Shown here: positions 23,274-35,850 of the stretch, piece after piece | Numbering within the stretch: position 1 is the stretch's first letter | How the letters are laid out: every line of letters begins with the position of its first letter | NCBI RefSeq assembly: GCF_902459465.1 | Contig: NC_047069.1 | Location: 17,236,001-17,300,000 of the forward strand | Direction of reading: 5' to 3' | Length of the DNA stretch: 64,000 bases | Source of the DNA: Asterias rubens | Taxonomy: Eukaryota | Position numbers and translations under genes: made by a program | Notes under the pieces: model-generated | Databases searched by the model: none | What the model was told of the DNA's origin: nothing | Seen by the model: only the letters and a program-made list of their open reading frames with translations

Positions 23274-23618
23274 TTCCGCCTGCTACCATTTCTTTAACCT
23301 ATAAGAATACCATCTACGCCGACCAAGCTGATGTTGAAGTGATAGCAGGAGATGGTCATCAGTTTAGTTGTGAGACGCTCGGCATCAAACCTAATGCAGA
23401 CTTCACCTGGACTCTTCAGGGTACACCACTTTACCAAGGACTTCCTGGGACTGCCACTCCTAATAGTGGAGATAGCAGATTGAGTGACAGCTTGAGTGCA
23501 GTATCTGTGAATGTTCCAGAGAGTCCGGCAGTGCAGCAACTGACATGTGGTGCTACTAACAGACAAGATGGGAATACAGATACTGAGAAGGATACTTCAG
23601 TAACTATACAAGTCAAAG
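23274..23618 (+). CDS. RTK constant exon, Ig domain 2
   Basis: TTTCCAG acceptor; VPPATI..FSCE..FTW..LTCGA; AAG|GT donor; phase 1-1. Confidence 0.9.
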
Positions 23619-24205
23619 GTTCGGACTTGAATTACGTTCGAATTTAGATTTGTTTTATTGTCCGCATTATAAATACACAGAAATTTGGCTTCCATTTGCA
23701 TATACACATGTACAAGAATAAAATATTTGTTAAACAACATGCTGGCATGCATCAATCCAATTGCTTTATATCCGACACTCGTCTCTAGCGACCTAGTGCA
23801 AAAATCTTGCTGTGAAAACAGCTCGACCTAACTTAAAATGCTGACTCTTTTTAAATGATATTTTATTTTAACCCCAACTCAAGTGTTACACTGACCTAGG
23901 GATTATATTCTTTGCACCGTTGTGGTTCTGTACTTCTCGTTAAAATGTTATGTGAGTAATTATAACCGTGGTTCCATTTTCTAGCTCTCATTTCGCTGTA
24001 TACTATATAGTTATGCTCTTTTGTTTCTGAGCAGATTTTTTAATACAAGTAAGGAGAAACAAGTTTCGCAGCTAGCAATACACTGTCATCAGATTATTAT
24101 TGATTAATTTCAGTCGGTGTTATAGTGTTACGCTGTATTTGTTTTTGTGTCATCGATGTGAGAAATTCCGTTAAGATAACCCTGTTTGAGGTTGTTCTTT
24201 TCCAG

Positions 24206-24532
24206 TTCCTCCAATATCATCCAAAATGACTCTCCAAGGAACCAACTCAGACGGTACATTATCTGTAGATGAAGGTTTGATGAGCACAATCACATGCGTT
24301 GTTATGGGTACCAGACCATCTGCAGATATCAAGTGGTTTCTCAACGGTGTAATGCAGTCTGGTGGTACAGTATCCCCACCTTCAGCAGACTCTGATGAAC
24401 TATATGATACCACAGGATCTTGGTGGATTACTCCAACTAGGAACAACCATAAAGATGAGATGATGTGTCAGGCAAGCACTCCACAATCACACGGAGATCT
24501 ACCAAAGGTGACAGCAGTACTCAATGTGAATG
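24206..24532 (+). CDS. RTK constant exon, Ig domain 3 (C2/CD80-like)
   Basis: ITCVVMGTRPSADIKWF..MMCQA; phase 1-1. Confidence 0.92.
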
Positions 24533-24965
24533 GTACGTAACGAACACTCATACACCATTGGAAAAGGACGTTAGAATGAGTTGGTGAAATCGACGGCTGG
24601 TTCCTTGAATTGTTAAAGGTTTTATCACCAAAGCAGGTTCCTGTGATGTTCCCCTACATCCTCACTTGTTCTTTAGTATTAGTGTGAACGTAATAGGCAC
24701 TAATATAACGTGTATTTAAAAAAGAACAGTTCGATGTATAAATGCCCTAATAAATTGGATCGCTACATTACCGGTAGTACAACTTTTTCAGAGCCACTCT
24801 AAAGGGATTATTAATAATGCAATTCCTTTATTTAGGAAAGAGACGCAATAACAAATTTATTTACCCATGGCAGGGAGGTTGGTGTATTCTTTAGTGATCA
24901 GCAATTCTGTCTTAAATTTTCTATTGTCAAATGACGATGTTTGTTTCGTCTTCGTATGCATGTAG

Positions 24966-25268
24966 GTCCTCCAGACACTCCGAGCATAACCGGCAATACA
25001 CAAATGACTGAGAATGTACAAACTAGTCTGATGTGTGAAGCAGACATGGGGTTTCCAGACGATTGGAGTTTACATTGGTTCAGAGAAGATACAGCAATAA
25101 CACCTAACCCTACCACAACGCCTTCATCCTCAGGAACTCGCTTCATGTTCACCAGCACTCTGGACTTCACACCAATCAGAGAATATAATGGACATACCAT
25201 CAAGTGTGGTGCACAAAAGAATTCAATGAGTGGTTCAACGGCAAAGCTAGGTCCGATAGATGTTCAAT
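24966..25268 (+). CDS. RTK constant exon, Ig domain 4
   Basis: GPPDTP..LMCEA..LHWF..YNGHTIKC; phase 1-1. Confidence 0.92.
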
Positions 25269-25504
25269 GTGAGTTAAGCATTTTGTCTGTTGACCCCTAT
25301 TGACGTCTCGCGCGGCTATATTAGTGAGGTTCAGCTGCACGTTTTAAGATTAAGGTTAACAATAATTGTCATGATAAAAAAAAGAAATCTGTCTTTCCTG
25401 CAGTGTACAGGGGAACTCTACATTCCGCGTAAACGTCAGAAAATATTGTGTCGTTAAAATCTCACGTTTTTAGCATAATTATGTGAAGTTACCATTTTTC
25501 ACGT

Positions 25505-25655
25505 CAGGTTAGCCTTTAATCAAGGCGCACGCGGCGGCGGCACCCCCAGATATCACGCACGAAAGCAGACCAGCTGGTCTTTTTCGTGCTTGATATCTGG
25601 GGTTGTGCTTGACATCTGGGGTGCCGCGTGCGCCTTGACTTGAGGCTAACGTCAG
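25505..25655. repeat. GC-rich imperfect palindrome (MITE-like hairpin)
   Basis: GTTAGCCT..AAGGCGCACGCGGC / GCCGCGTGCGCCTT..AGGCTAAC centred on GACCAGCTGGTC. Confidence 0.75.
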
Positions 25656-25987
25656 GTAGGCCTACGTGCGCGTAGACGTCATACGTGAGCATGCCCAAAG
25701 TGGCAACGTGACCCAGAAACAACACCATATTTGACGTTCACGTTCACGTATTTGCTCGCTACTGTCTGCCCATAATCTGCCATTTTTGGTATGTGTAACT
25801 AAATTAAATGGTAACTTTTCTTTTTGTCTAAAAGAGAATACTGGACGTGAACAAACGTGGAATCTCAATAAAAATTGCGCAATCAGATGTACGTTTAACG
25901 ACGTCGGGTAAAAGTGTGAACAAAGTTACGTTTTCTTTTTAATCTAACAATTTAAAAACCTGTTTCCGCCATCTTTATTTATTTTAG

Positions 25988-26305
25988 TCTGTGCAAGATA
26001 TGTGACCATCATGGCATGTGCGACTGCCACTGCTGGCAACACTGCTGTATTAAGATGTGTATCTGGCAGTAGTAACCCAGGCACTACACTGACATGGTCA
26101 AGAGATGGTATGGATCAAACTAACACTAGTCCTCAACCAGACTCTGATGGTAGCAATGGAGGCATCATCACTACACTAGACATCGCAACCAACGTGTTAA
26201 CTAAAGATGACAATGGTGCTGTATTCCAATGCAGTGCGTCTAATGATGCAGTCACGTGTGGAGTCGACATTGACGTCACTGATTCATGTACACTGAATGT
26301 GCAGT
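25988..26305 (+). CDS. RTK constant exon, Ig domain 5
   Basis: LRCVSGSSNPGTTLTW..DNGAVFQC; phase 1-1. Confidence 0.92.
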
Positions 26306-26786
26306 GTAAGTACATGGGTGGTATTACTTCAAATACAATTTTAATCATTTTTCGCTAAATACGTGACATTTTGATGATTTTTTTACAGCAACCATCTATA
26401 AAAACATTATTTATGATTCTACACCCCTAAATTGTAAACGGTGAGCCGGTGTGTCCCTTTAAATTAATTGTAATGGAACAAAGAACAGCAATACTGATCG
26501 ACAACAAGATATATAACAGCCATGTTTGAGCATCCTTCCTCCATGGTTTGAGACTCAAGACTGTTCTTCAAGACTGCTCCAAGACTAGGTGCATGTCTCA
26601 TTTGACCATTTTCATATGAATATAAATATATTTATATTAAACAGTTCAACCCCAAAAGTAGAAAATTATTTCAAGGTCATTATTGCCACATGATGTGCTG
26701 TATGGACTTACACAAAAAGTTTTGTTGTTTCTTTCACAATCGCTGTCCGACTTTGGACTAGATTTACCTTTTATACTTTTTTGCAG

Positions 26787-27083
26787 ATACTCCTGAGTTT
26801 ACTGCAGCCTCAGTCAATCCCGTCACCCCAGTCATTGAAGGTGGTGAAGTCATCCTTACATGTACTGCAGATGCTAATCCTAAACCTAGTAACTTCATCA
26901 TGTGGGAGAAGCAAGACTCCCCCGGTACAGTACTTAGCAGTGTTTACAATGATGGAACCAGTACTCTAACATTGAGTGATATCCAGAGAGATCAAGCAGG
27001 GAGCTATAGATGCAAAGCTAACAACGGGATACCAACGAGTAAATCAGATGTGTTTTCGGCATCAGTGATTGTCAAAGTACACT
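26787..27083 (+). CDS. RTK constant exon, Ig domain 6 (I-set)
   Basis: YTPEF..LTCTADANP..W..DQAGSYRCKANN; phase 1-1. Confidence 0.92.
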
Positions 27084-27501
27084 GTAAGTATATGCATGTT
27101 TCTCATGTTTACTGTTTGTCTATCAAGGTTAATTTGTTTCTTTTTAAATTGACTGCCATAGGATCGAGTTGCTGTGTTTTACCCTGTAATGTTTTAGATG
27201 ATACGTCTTTTATCGTTATTTATCGCAAGTAAAGTGTTATCCAAAGCAATTGTGGCCATCGAGGATATATATATTCAGGCTGTTGTACAAACTGTTGTAT
27301 CAATATTCAATATAGAATATTTCTTCGTTAATAGTTTGGCATGTACATGTATACTGATTTAAACTTCTCTATTGACCTGCCTATAAATAAGTTATCTAAA
27401 GTGGACATTTAAACAAAATAAAAAATTGCCGTGTCACTGTGATTGTGGTTTATTTGAGAACACTGTTGCATAAGGTCTTCACGCACTTTTTTAAACAACA
27501 G

Positions 27502-27828
27502 ATGAGGTTAATGTCACCAACAAAGAGGACAATGAGATGGGTGTAAGGGATAACAATGATGCCAACTTAACATGTAAGGCAGTCGGCAATCCAGCGCCTG
27601 TCATGATGTGGTTTGATCCAGACAACGCTCTCATTTCTAGCACCAGAAATCCCGATAAGTACGCAGTAGAAGATACCACTATCGGGGATGACATCTATGG
27701 ATTCATGGTGATCAGTACCTTGACGATCAAGAGAGTGGACTCACGAGTTGACTTTGGAGTTTATACATGTCGCAGTTCTAATGGGATCGGACAGGTGGAC
27801 ATGCTGATGGTAGTTGTTAATAGAACAA
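27502..27828 (+). CDS. RTK constant exon, Ig domain 7 (I-set)
   Basis: LTCKAVGNPAP..W..DFGVYTCRSSN; phase 1-1. Confidence 0.92.
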
Positions 27829-27964
27829 GTAAGGTTATTTTGAAACCGTTATCCTTTAAGATGCCCCTTGCATAAGACTCAACCTGTGAATATGTTAAAG
27901 GTGGGGCTGTCATGCTTTCTGAAAAAAATCAGCAAATCTTAATACAATGACATGCATTTTCCAG

Positions 27965-28249
27965 GAAGACCAAATCAGCCGTCCGGTTTGGTATTGAACG
28001 GCCGTACTTCAAGCTCAATAGCAGTAAGATGGTCAGCTGGTTATGATGGTGGTGAGAATCAGTGGTTTCATGTCAGCCATAAGAAGACTGCAGACTCCTC
28101 AGAGACATTCAGCGATAGGATTGATGGAGGGGTGACTACATACAACGTGGATGGTCTCGAGTCATACACGGAGTACGAGATCAAGGTCTATGCTGAGAAT
28201 GACGTGGGGAAAAATCCCAGTCCTGCCAGCGTAGTGGAATACACATTGC
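27965..28249 (+). CDS. RTK constant exon, fibronectin type III domain
   Basis: P..L...SSSIAVRW..GLESYTEYEIKVYAEN; phase 1-1. Confidence 0.93.
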
Positions 28250-28671
28250 GTAAGTTCGTATGTTTCAATTTCAAATATTTTGCTCCCTTTATCGACACAA
28301 ATTTACAACACTTAAACTTTCTCTCTTTGTTCATGGACAAAGAGTAAACATTGTTTTTGCGTTGTACGAATGATCGAGGCGTGTGGATAAAAAACATCCC
28401 ATGAAATTGTTTTATCCAGACTTAAGGTGGTTTAAGGAGTGTTTTACTGCATAATACTCCTAACATCATTTTAAGCTGCATTTTAAGGGATTTTAATTAT
28501 AAATGTATCCTGAGTGTGCATCTTTCTATTTTATATAAACTGTACATTTGGACCAATGAGATCTACCTTTTCCCTTAAAGACTTACACAGGCTCTTTATT
28601 ATAGATTTCTATGAATATTTGTCAATATTTGTCAATAATTATACACTTTTTATCATTCGTTTCCACACCAG

Positions 28672-28692
28672 CTCAAGGACCAACAGATAAAG
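28672..28692 (+). CDS. RTK 21-nt micro-exon (PQGPTDK)
   Basis: CACCAG acceptor with pyrimidine tract; AG|GTTAGT donor; phase 1-1; not required for frame. Confidence 0.55.
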
Positions 28693-29150
28693 GTTAGTAT
28701 TATTGGTTATTGCACTTTCAAGATTCATCATCGTGTGTTTGCCATTGGATAAATAACAAGTGTTTTTTTTGTTAATTCGATTTCAACTATTGCAGTTTAT
28801 ACATTTCATGCATTTTAGTAAACATTTCTGATGAACCAACTCTGAAAACTTGATGAAGCAATCGCATTACCACCCGAACAAAACACATAATAATGGTATA
28901 ATGTTATAATAAGTTGATGTAAAATGATTTCACAAATAAAAATGTAATGCTTAAAATAGAATTTTGATGACTGTGGACATATCAAATTGTATATATAAAA
29001 AAAACATATTCTTTCAAAACAAAACATATTCTTTCTGTTTCTGTAAGAGACCTTCTTTAGCTGGAAGATTTCTACCTTTAACTATCAACTAAAACTTACC
29101 CTATTCATGGTTATTATATCGTCATGTTTATATTCTCGATTGAGCGTCCC

Positions 29151-30489
29151 TTAAAGCCATTGGACACTTTCGGTAAACAGTATTTTCCAAAGGCCCACAC
29201 TTCGTGTATCACAACTTATATATAAAATAACAAACCTGTGAAAGTTTAGGCTCAATCGATCATCGGAGTCGGGAGAAAATAACGGGAAAACCCACCCTTG
29301 TTTCCGCACGTTTCGCCGTGTCATGACATGTGTTTAAAATAAATCCGTAATTCTCGATATCGAGAATTGATATTATTTTAACGTTTTCTCAAAAAGTAAA
29401 GCATTTCTTGGAACAATATTTCAAGAGAAGTCTTTCACGTAATTATTTGTAAATCTGTGAATTTTTTAAAAAAATTTTTCTGTTCCGAAAGTGTCCAATG
29501 GCTTTAAAGGCAGTCTATATCTTTAGTTTTTGGAACCGCTTGATTGTTTTAATCCCAAATGCAGCTGAAACAACAAATTTAACTTGCTAAAATTTCCTTT
29601 CAAGAGTGGTCGCGTTTTTGAGATATCGCCGAAATTCCGGAGCGAATATAATGTCCACGCAGGAATAATCCCTAAATGAAAACACAATCTGAGAACCGTT
29701 GGGCGGCCCGATAACACTTCTTAAATTTTTGGGGACTCAAAAGTGATGTCTTTTTCTATAACCGTATATAGTCTGCGAAGTGAAATGTTTTCTCAAAATA
29801 CACTATAAGCCTATCTATAGCAATATCTGATCCAAAGGTGATGTAGGCCTTTTTCTTACCATGTAAGTTTTTATTACCGAACGTATACCGAACGTATACA
29901 GACGGGTCCTTTAAAGTCACCTGGAAATATATATATATTTTTTCAAACATAAGAGTATATGCTTACGAACAATAAAACAATTTTTTGAGTAATTGTTTGT
30001 CTTTATATGTTTAAAAAATATATAAAGTTGTTTGGGGGGCTGACTCCGCCTACCCCTTTTGTGACGTCAATCGAGGCAGACTTTGCCTGCAATGCGTATA
30101 GTAAACACACGTGCAAAGTACATGTACGTCCAAGTCGTGAGTTGGTACATTTCAAAAAGTGTTTTTCTGCATTCAGCAGCAATATACCTGGTCGGCATTG
30201 CTGGAAAAAAAAAACATTATTTTTTTTTCAAACGTACAAACTCACGACTTGGTCCGTACATGTACTTTGCAATTGTGTTTACTCTACGCATTACAGGCAA
30301 AGTCTGCCTCGATTGACGTCACGAACAGCGCCCTCTCGGGTCGGGGTCTACTCTTAAATTTGTAAATAACATAAGAACTGATTTTTTAAAACCTTAGTTA
30401 ACTGTTTATTCACATTCCACTCATCAAAACACATAATATCAGTGACAAAAGCTTTATTTTGAAAAAATACCACTTCCAGGTGACTTTAA
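29151..30489. mobile_element. Chain of three Kolobok-like elements sharing TTAA junctions (29151-29507, 29504-29914, 29911-30489)
   Basis: Each member has inverted ends, and consecutive members share one TTAA. Confidence 0.8.
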
Positions 30490-30532
30490 CTGTTTAACTG
30501 TGTCGTGTTGTCTTAATAAACTTTCACTATAG

Positions 30533-30817
30533 GTTTAATTATTGAGTTTAACATGGATGCGGGCACAGTCAAGGTTACTGGATTGCAAGGCAAAGGATGC
30601 ATTCAGCTCGAGGTGAAGTATGAAGGTGGCTCATCATACTGGACAGAGTGTGGAGGATGTTTCACAACAGACTCTGAAGTGGTTCTAGCAGATTGGTGTC
30701 CACAAACTCAGAAACGAAGACGGAGAGCTATAGGGGATGTGGATGAAGTGCAGGCAAAGTATTGCCAAGGGAGTGGCGATAGTACACTCTGTAGTGATCC
30801 AATAACTCCTGAGGAGA
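30533..30817 (+). CDS. RTK exon, Cys-rich membrane-proximal domain with furin-type site KRRRR|A
   Basis: CACTATAG acceptor; A|GTAAGT donor; phase 1-1. Confidence 0.88.
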
Positions 30818-31202
30818 GTAAGTCTAATAAAGAGATAAATGGTTTCTCAGATACCCTAGCAACCAAACAGCTTACACTATTCCCGACAATTAAAGCAATC
30901 AGTACACCTACTTTTTACCTTTAAAGGTATGGGTCAAAGTGCGTTATAGCAACCCGACAAGATATTGTTATTTTGTTATAAATATGGTAATAAGCAACCT
31001 GCGGAATCTTTTGTGTCTTAAGTGCCCGTGTTGCTTAGAAATCGATAAAAGTATTGCTTTTTGAAATGTCTGTGGAGTACGACTCAATACAGCCATGAGA
31101 CACGGTTGGAACAAATCGCATCTAAACATGGACGGATTTAACGTTCTTATTGGAAAATACTGTGACAGTATTTTTGCTGTTTTCTCAAAGAAGACACTGC
31201 AT

Positions 31203-31791
31203 TTAAAGGCAGTGGACACTATTGGTAATTACTCAAAATAATTATTAGCATAAAACCTTTCTTGGTGATGAGTAATGGGGAGAGGTTGATGGTATGAAAC
31301 ATTGTGAGAAACGGCTCCCTCTGAAGTGCCATAGCTTTCGAGAAAGAAGTAATTTTCAACTAATTTGATTTCGAGACGTCAGATTTAGAACTTGAGGTCT
31401 CGAAATCAACCATCTAAACGCACACAACTTCGTGTGACATGGGAGTTTTTCTCTTTCATTATTATCTCACAACTTCGACGACCAATTGAGCTCAAATTTT
31501 CACAGGTTTGTTATTTATGCATAATGTTGATGAGATACACCAAGTGAGAAGACTGGTCTTTGACAAATAGTGTCCAGTGTCTTTAAACGACGTCAGGAAA
31601 AGTGTGAACAAAGTTACACTTTTCTTTTGAAATCCAACATATTAAAACCTGTTTCCGCCATCTTTATTTATTTTAGTCGATGACCGATTGAGCTCAAATT
31701 TTCACAGGTTTGTTATTTTATGCATATGTTGAGATACACCAACTGTGAAGGCTAGTCTTTGACAATTACCAATAGTGTCCACTGCCTTTAA
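31203..31791. mobile_element. Family A MITE (31203-31586), a captured host fragment, and an extra MITE right end (31677-31791)
   Basis: TIRs visible; middle piece matches 25897-25989. Confidence 0.75.
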
Positions 31792-31882
31792 CTTTCAAAG
31801 TGGACTTTTATCAAACTGTCTTGGTAGTTGCAAGTATGCAGGGAAACTTAAACCTGATTTTATACCCCCATTATAGTTTCAG

Positions 31883-32014
31883 ATTCGCCTTCTACTCCTC
31901 CCAAGGCCATCAACCCTGGTGTCATTGTCGGTGTCGTTGTCGGTGTCATTCTGCTTGTCGTCATTGTCATTTTAGCTTATAGTCTGAGGAGTAGACTTCA
32001 GTGTCATATTGAAG
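31883..32014 (+). CDS. RTK transmembrane exon
   Basis: NSPSTPPKAINPGVIVGVVVGVILLVVIVILAYSLRSRLQCHIE; phase 1-1. Confidence 0.92.
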
Positions 32015-32371
32015 GTAGGGCCTTTACAAATTGATTTCTAACCAAACATGGGATGAGAGAAAAATCAAATGCTCCTGATTGGAATTTGAACCCAAGACTC
32101 CTGATACTCTGGGCAGATGCTCTACCAAAGAGCTATGAGGCACAGCGGTTTACTCTCTCAGGTTTTCCCCCGAGAACCACATTTGTTTCTCTCGGTGTTG
32201 CATTTTATTTATAACAAAATGATCTCTGTGAAAGTTGCATGCTCTCACACCGGAGTTATTGTATATCCAAAGTGACAGCCATTGACGTAGAGATAAGAGA
32301 AAAAGGGAAAAACCTTGCTTACCACATAAGAACTTATTGTCATTAAGTTTCAGAGTCATTACCAAACGTAT

Positions 32372-32748
32372 TTAAAGGGAAGGTACACGTTTGGTAATTA
32401 CTCAAAACAAATATTAACTTAAAAACTGACTTGGTAACGAACATTGGAGAGCTGTTGATAGAATAAAACATTGTGGGAAACGACTCCCTCTGAAGTAATG
32501 TAGTTTTTGAGAGAGAGAAGTAATTTCTCACTAAAATAATAAAAGACTTCTAGCTAGAAGTCTTTTATTCCTACTGAAAGCACACAAATTCGTCCAACAA
32601 TGGTGTTTTTTCTTTCATCATTTTCTCGCAACTTCGATGACCGATTGAGCCCAAGATTTCACAGGCTTGTTATTTTATGCATATGATGGGATACACTAAG
32701 TGAGAAGACTGGTCTTTGACAATTACCAAACGTGTACCTTCCCTTTAA
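32372..32748. mobile_element. Kolobok-like MITE (AGGGAAGGTACACG subfamily)
   Basis: Perfect TIR flanked by TTAA on both sides. Confidence 0.88.
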
Positions 32749-32896
32749 GACCCTTTAAATCCGCCATAAACTGGTCAAAAAAATTGGTATTTGTTCAGAA
32801 CATAACATTGAACAAACTGTAGGGATGTGTTGTGTTTTGTGTATTTCAATACTAAAACAGCAATGTTTGTTTGTTTGTTTGTTTGTTTCATTCCAG

Positions 32897-32921
32897 TCAC
32901 AAGAAAGTCATCCACGCAGAC
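32897..32921 (+). CDS. RTK 25-nt juxtamembrane micro-exon
   Basis: TTCCAG / AC|GTGAGT; phase 1-2; pairs with the next exon. Confidence 0.72.
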
Positions 32922-33288
32922 GTGAGTTTGTTTTTTTATCACATTGTAATTTGTTTTCTAAAACAATTAACAGGATTTTAGGTCATAATTTCTACAACAC
33001 ACAATAGGCCTAATGCTATAATGCGACCGAGCATATACATCTTCGAACGAAATCGAATTTGTAAAATTGAATTTGTTGCAATTTGCCGGGAAAATAAGGT
33101 AAATGCCATTACCTAATTTGTAGCAAAGTAAAACAAAAACATGATAAAGGACGTTTTCTTCATTTTCTGGTACCAACTGATTTCTATTTAATGGAAATAC
33201 ACAAATACTTAGATAGTACTCTTATAAAGAGTCCAGAATATCCTTTAAGAACCCATAACTCATAACTTGTTGTTTGTTTTATCACTAG

Positions 33289-33350
33289 TAACCGTTCTGG
33301 CAGAAATAAAACCGATTCAGATAAACAGCCCGTCTACCAAGATGTTACAG
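33289..33350 (+). CDS. RTK 62-nt juxtamembrane exon (PVYQDV)
   Basis: CACTAG / AG|GTTGGT; phase 2-1, restores frame with the 25-nt exon. Confidence 0.72.
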
Positions 33351-33420
33351 GTTGGTTTTCGTATCATGTGAATGATACTTTTAAATGTAAACCTATCAGA
33401 CTGAGACCTATGGTACTGGT

Positions 33421-33783
33421 TTAAAGGCACTGGACACTATTGGTAATTACTCAAACTAATTATTATAATAAAACCTCACTTGGTATGAGTAATGGTGAGA
33501 GGTTGATAGTATAAAACATTGTGAGAAACGGCTCCATCTGAAGTAACGTATTTTTCGAGATAGAAGTAATTTTCCACGAAGTTGATTTCGAGACCTCAGA
33601 TTTAGAACTTGAGGACTCGAAACCAAGCATCAGAAAGCACACAACTTTGTGTGACAATGGGTTTTTTATTTTCATTAATATCTCGCAACTTCCGACCAAT
33701 TTTAGCTGAAATTTTCATAGGTTTGTTACTTTATGCATGTATTGAGATTCACCAAGTGAGAAGACTGGTCTTTGACAATTACA
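33421..33783. mobile_element. Family A Kolobok-like MITE, right TIR truncated
   Basis: Homology to other copies. Confidence 0.8.
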
Positions 33784-34082
33784 AATAATGAAAGGTTGAG
33801 GTCGAGCGCAGCGTGCACTTTTCCATTGTTCTACATCCAATATGGTGGTCAACGAGGTCATGCAATCCATCCAATGCCTTAATTATTGTGCCTAGTGCGT
33901 CAACCACACAGGGCTTACTTTTTACTTGTACCTATCAATCCTTACGAAAGACCCTCGCCGAAGTATTGGTTCTTCTCAATCATCTCATTTGAAGCCTACC
34001 TTTTATCACTTTGACGACACGACTATTCGTTAGTTTTTTTTTTTTTTAACAGGCAGGTAATCCATTTCTTTTTTAACTCCAG

Positions 34083-34280
34083 AAATGGTGACAATCAGCA
34101 CAGAACAGGACACAACGATATATGCAAATATCCCAAATGCTCAAAAAGCTTTTCAGAGGAATAAGCTGCGTATTGTGAAAGAGCTTGGACATGGTAACTT
34201 CGGTAAGGTTCTCCTTGCACAAGCCGAGGGAATCTTGGAAAGGTCAAAGGTTACACTGGTGGCTGTTAAAACGTTGAAAG
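34083..34280 (+). CDS. RTK kinase exon, subdomains I-II
   Basis: IYANI; LGHGNFGKV; VAVKTLK; phase 1-1. Confidence 0.95.
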
Positions 34281-34463
34281 GTATGTTTTCTTATTAAACC
34301 TCATGGCCACTTTCCCCTCTTTCCTTTTTTGCTAACTTGTTTAGTTATGCTCATGATTTATCTTGATTATGATTTATCTTTGCATTTTGATTCTATTTGG
34401 TAGGGATATATTTGGCTGGTTTATAATTTGTTTTTCGTCGCAAAAACTATGGTTGACTTTGCC

Positions 34464-34860
34464 TTAAAGGCAGTGGACACTATTGGTAATTACTCAAAAT
34501 AATTATTAAAATAAAACCTTACTTGGTGACAAGTAATGTGGAGAGGTTGATGGTATAACACTTTGTGAGAAACGACTCCCTCTGAAGTGACATAGTTTTC
34601 GAGAAAGAAGTAATTTTTCACTAATTTGATTTCGAGACCTCAGATTTAGAATTTGAGGTCTCAAAATGTGAGAAATCAACCATCTAAACGCACACAACTT
34701 CGTGTGACAGGGGTGTTTTTCTTTCATTATATTATCTCGCAACTTCGACGACCAATTGAGCTCAAGTTTTCACAGGTTTGTTATTTTATGCATAGTTGAG
34801 ATACATTAAGTGAGAAGACTGGTCTTTGACAATATTATCAATAGTGTCCAGGGTCTTTAA
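34464..34860. mobile_element. Complete family A Kolobok-like MITE
   Basis: TTAA-flanked TIRs. Confidence 0.88.
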
Positions 34861-35113
34861 AGATAACTACCCGTTATTGTAGTGGAAGTCATCATTAATT
34901 GAAAGGGAACTATTTGCGTTTGATATGATTTCGTTGTAGAGGAAAATATTTTATAAAAAGGCATACTTGAGTCTGCGGAAATTTTTTCATTATTTCCATA
35001 AAATTTTCTGTTTAGGAAAGTTTTAGAAACCGTTGGTGCATTTTTTACTTAAACATCCATACTATTAATTTGAAGATTTTGCGTTTGCCTACATTTAAAT
35101 TAAACATTTCCAG

Positions 35114-35224
35114 ATGGTGTACCAGCAACTGAAAAGGATGGCTTAGTAAGTGAGTTGGAGTTAATGAAGAAGCTACCTGAACATTGCCATGTTGTGAAAC
35201 TTCTCGGCTACTGCATAGAAGAAG
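35114..35224 (+). CDS. RTK kinase exon, subdomains III-IV
   Basis: DGLVSELELMKKLPEHCHVVKLLGYC; phase 1-1. Confidence 0.92.
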
Positions 35225-35850
35225 GTAACAATCAAATAAGTTTGTCTGCGTATATTTTCCTACAATAATAAATGAAGTGTATTTTGTTTGGAAACAAGAC
35301 GTCGTATATTGGAATTAAATAAACGATCGTTTCATACAATGATTTGTATTGTGCGTCCATGATAAAGGCACTATAGACACGTTTGGTAATTACTCGGAAT
35401 ATTACAAAATTATTACTTGGTAACGTGCAACGGAGAGTTGTTGATAGTATGAAATATTGTGAGTAATGACTCCCACTGAAGTAAAATGGTTTTTGAGAAA
35501 GAGATTTTCTTACAAATATATTTCAATCTGAAAAAGACTTGAAGCATTTATCATGCATCAGAAAGCACACACATACAAAAACAAGGGTGTTTTTCTTTCA
35601 TTTTCTTCTTCTTGCAACTTCGTAGACAGTATGAGCCCAAATAATATTCACAGATTTGTCAGGAAGAGTTTCAAAGAAAGTACCAACAAATGACAGTCTT
35701 ATTTATAATAACCATCTCCATATCATCTCCAAATAGACAATTCAAGTGTAAGAGTGATTTAAGACGGTGTCCAATGTGAAACAAGATCAACTTAAACTTA
35801 CACAAAAACATAAACAATCGTCTTAATGATATATTTCGTCTTATCTAAAG

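Noticed and set aside
12370-23274. V(D)J-like DNA rearrangement of the V cassettes by the neighbouring transposase-like genes
   Set aside because: No heptamer/nonamer or inverted signal sequences noticed beside the V exons, each V already has normal splice sites, and both MULE-like proteins lack the catalytic glutamate.
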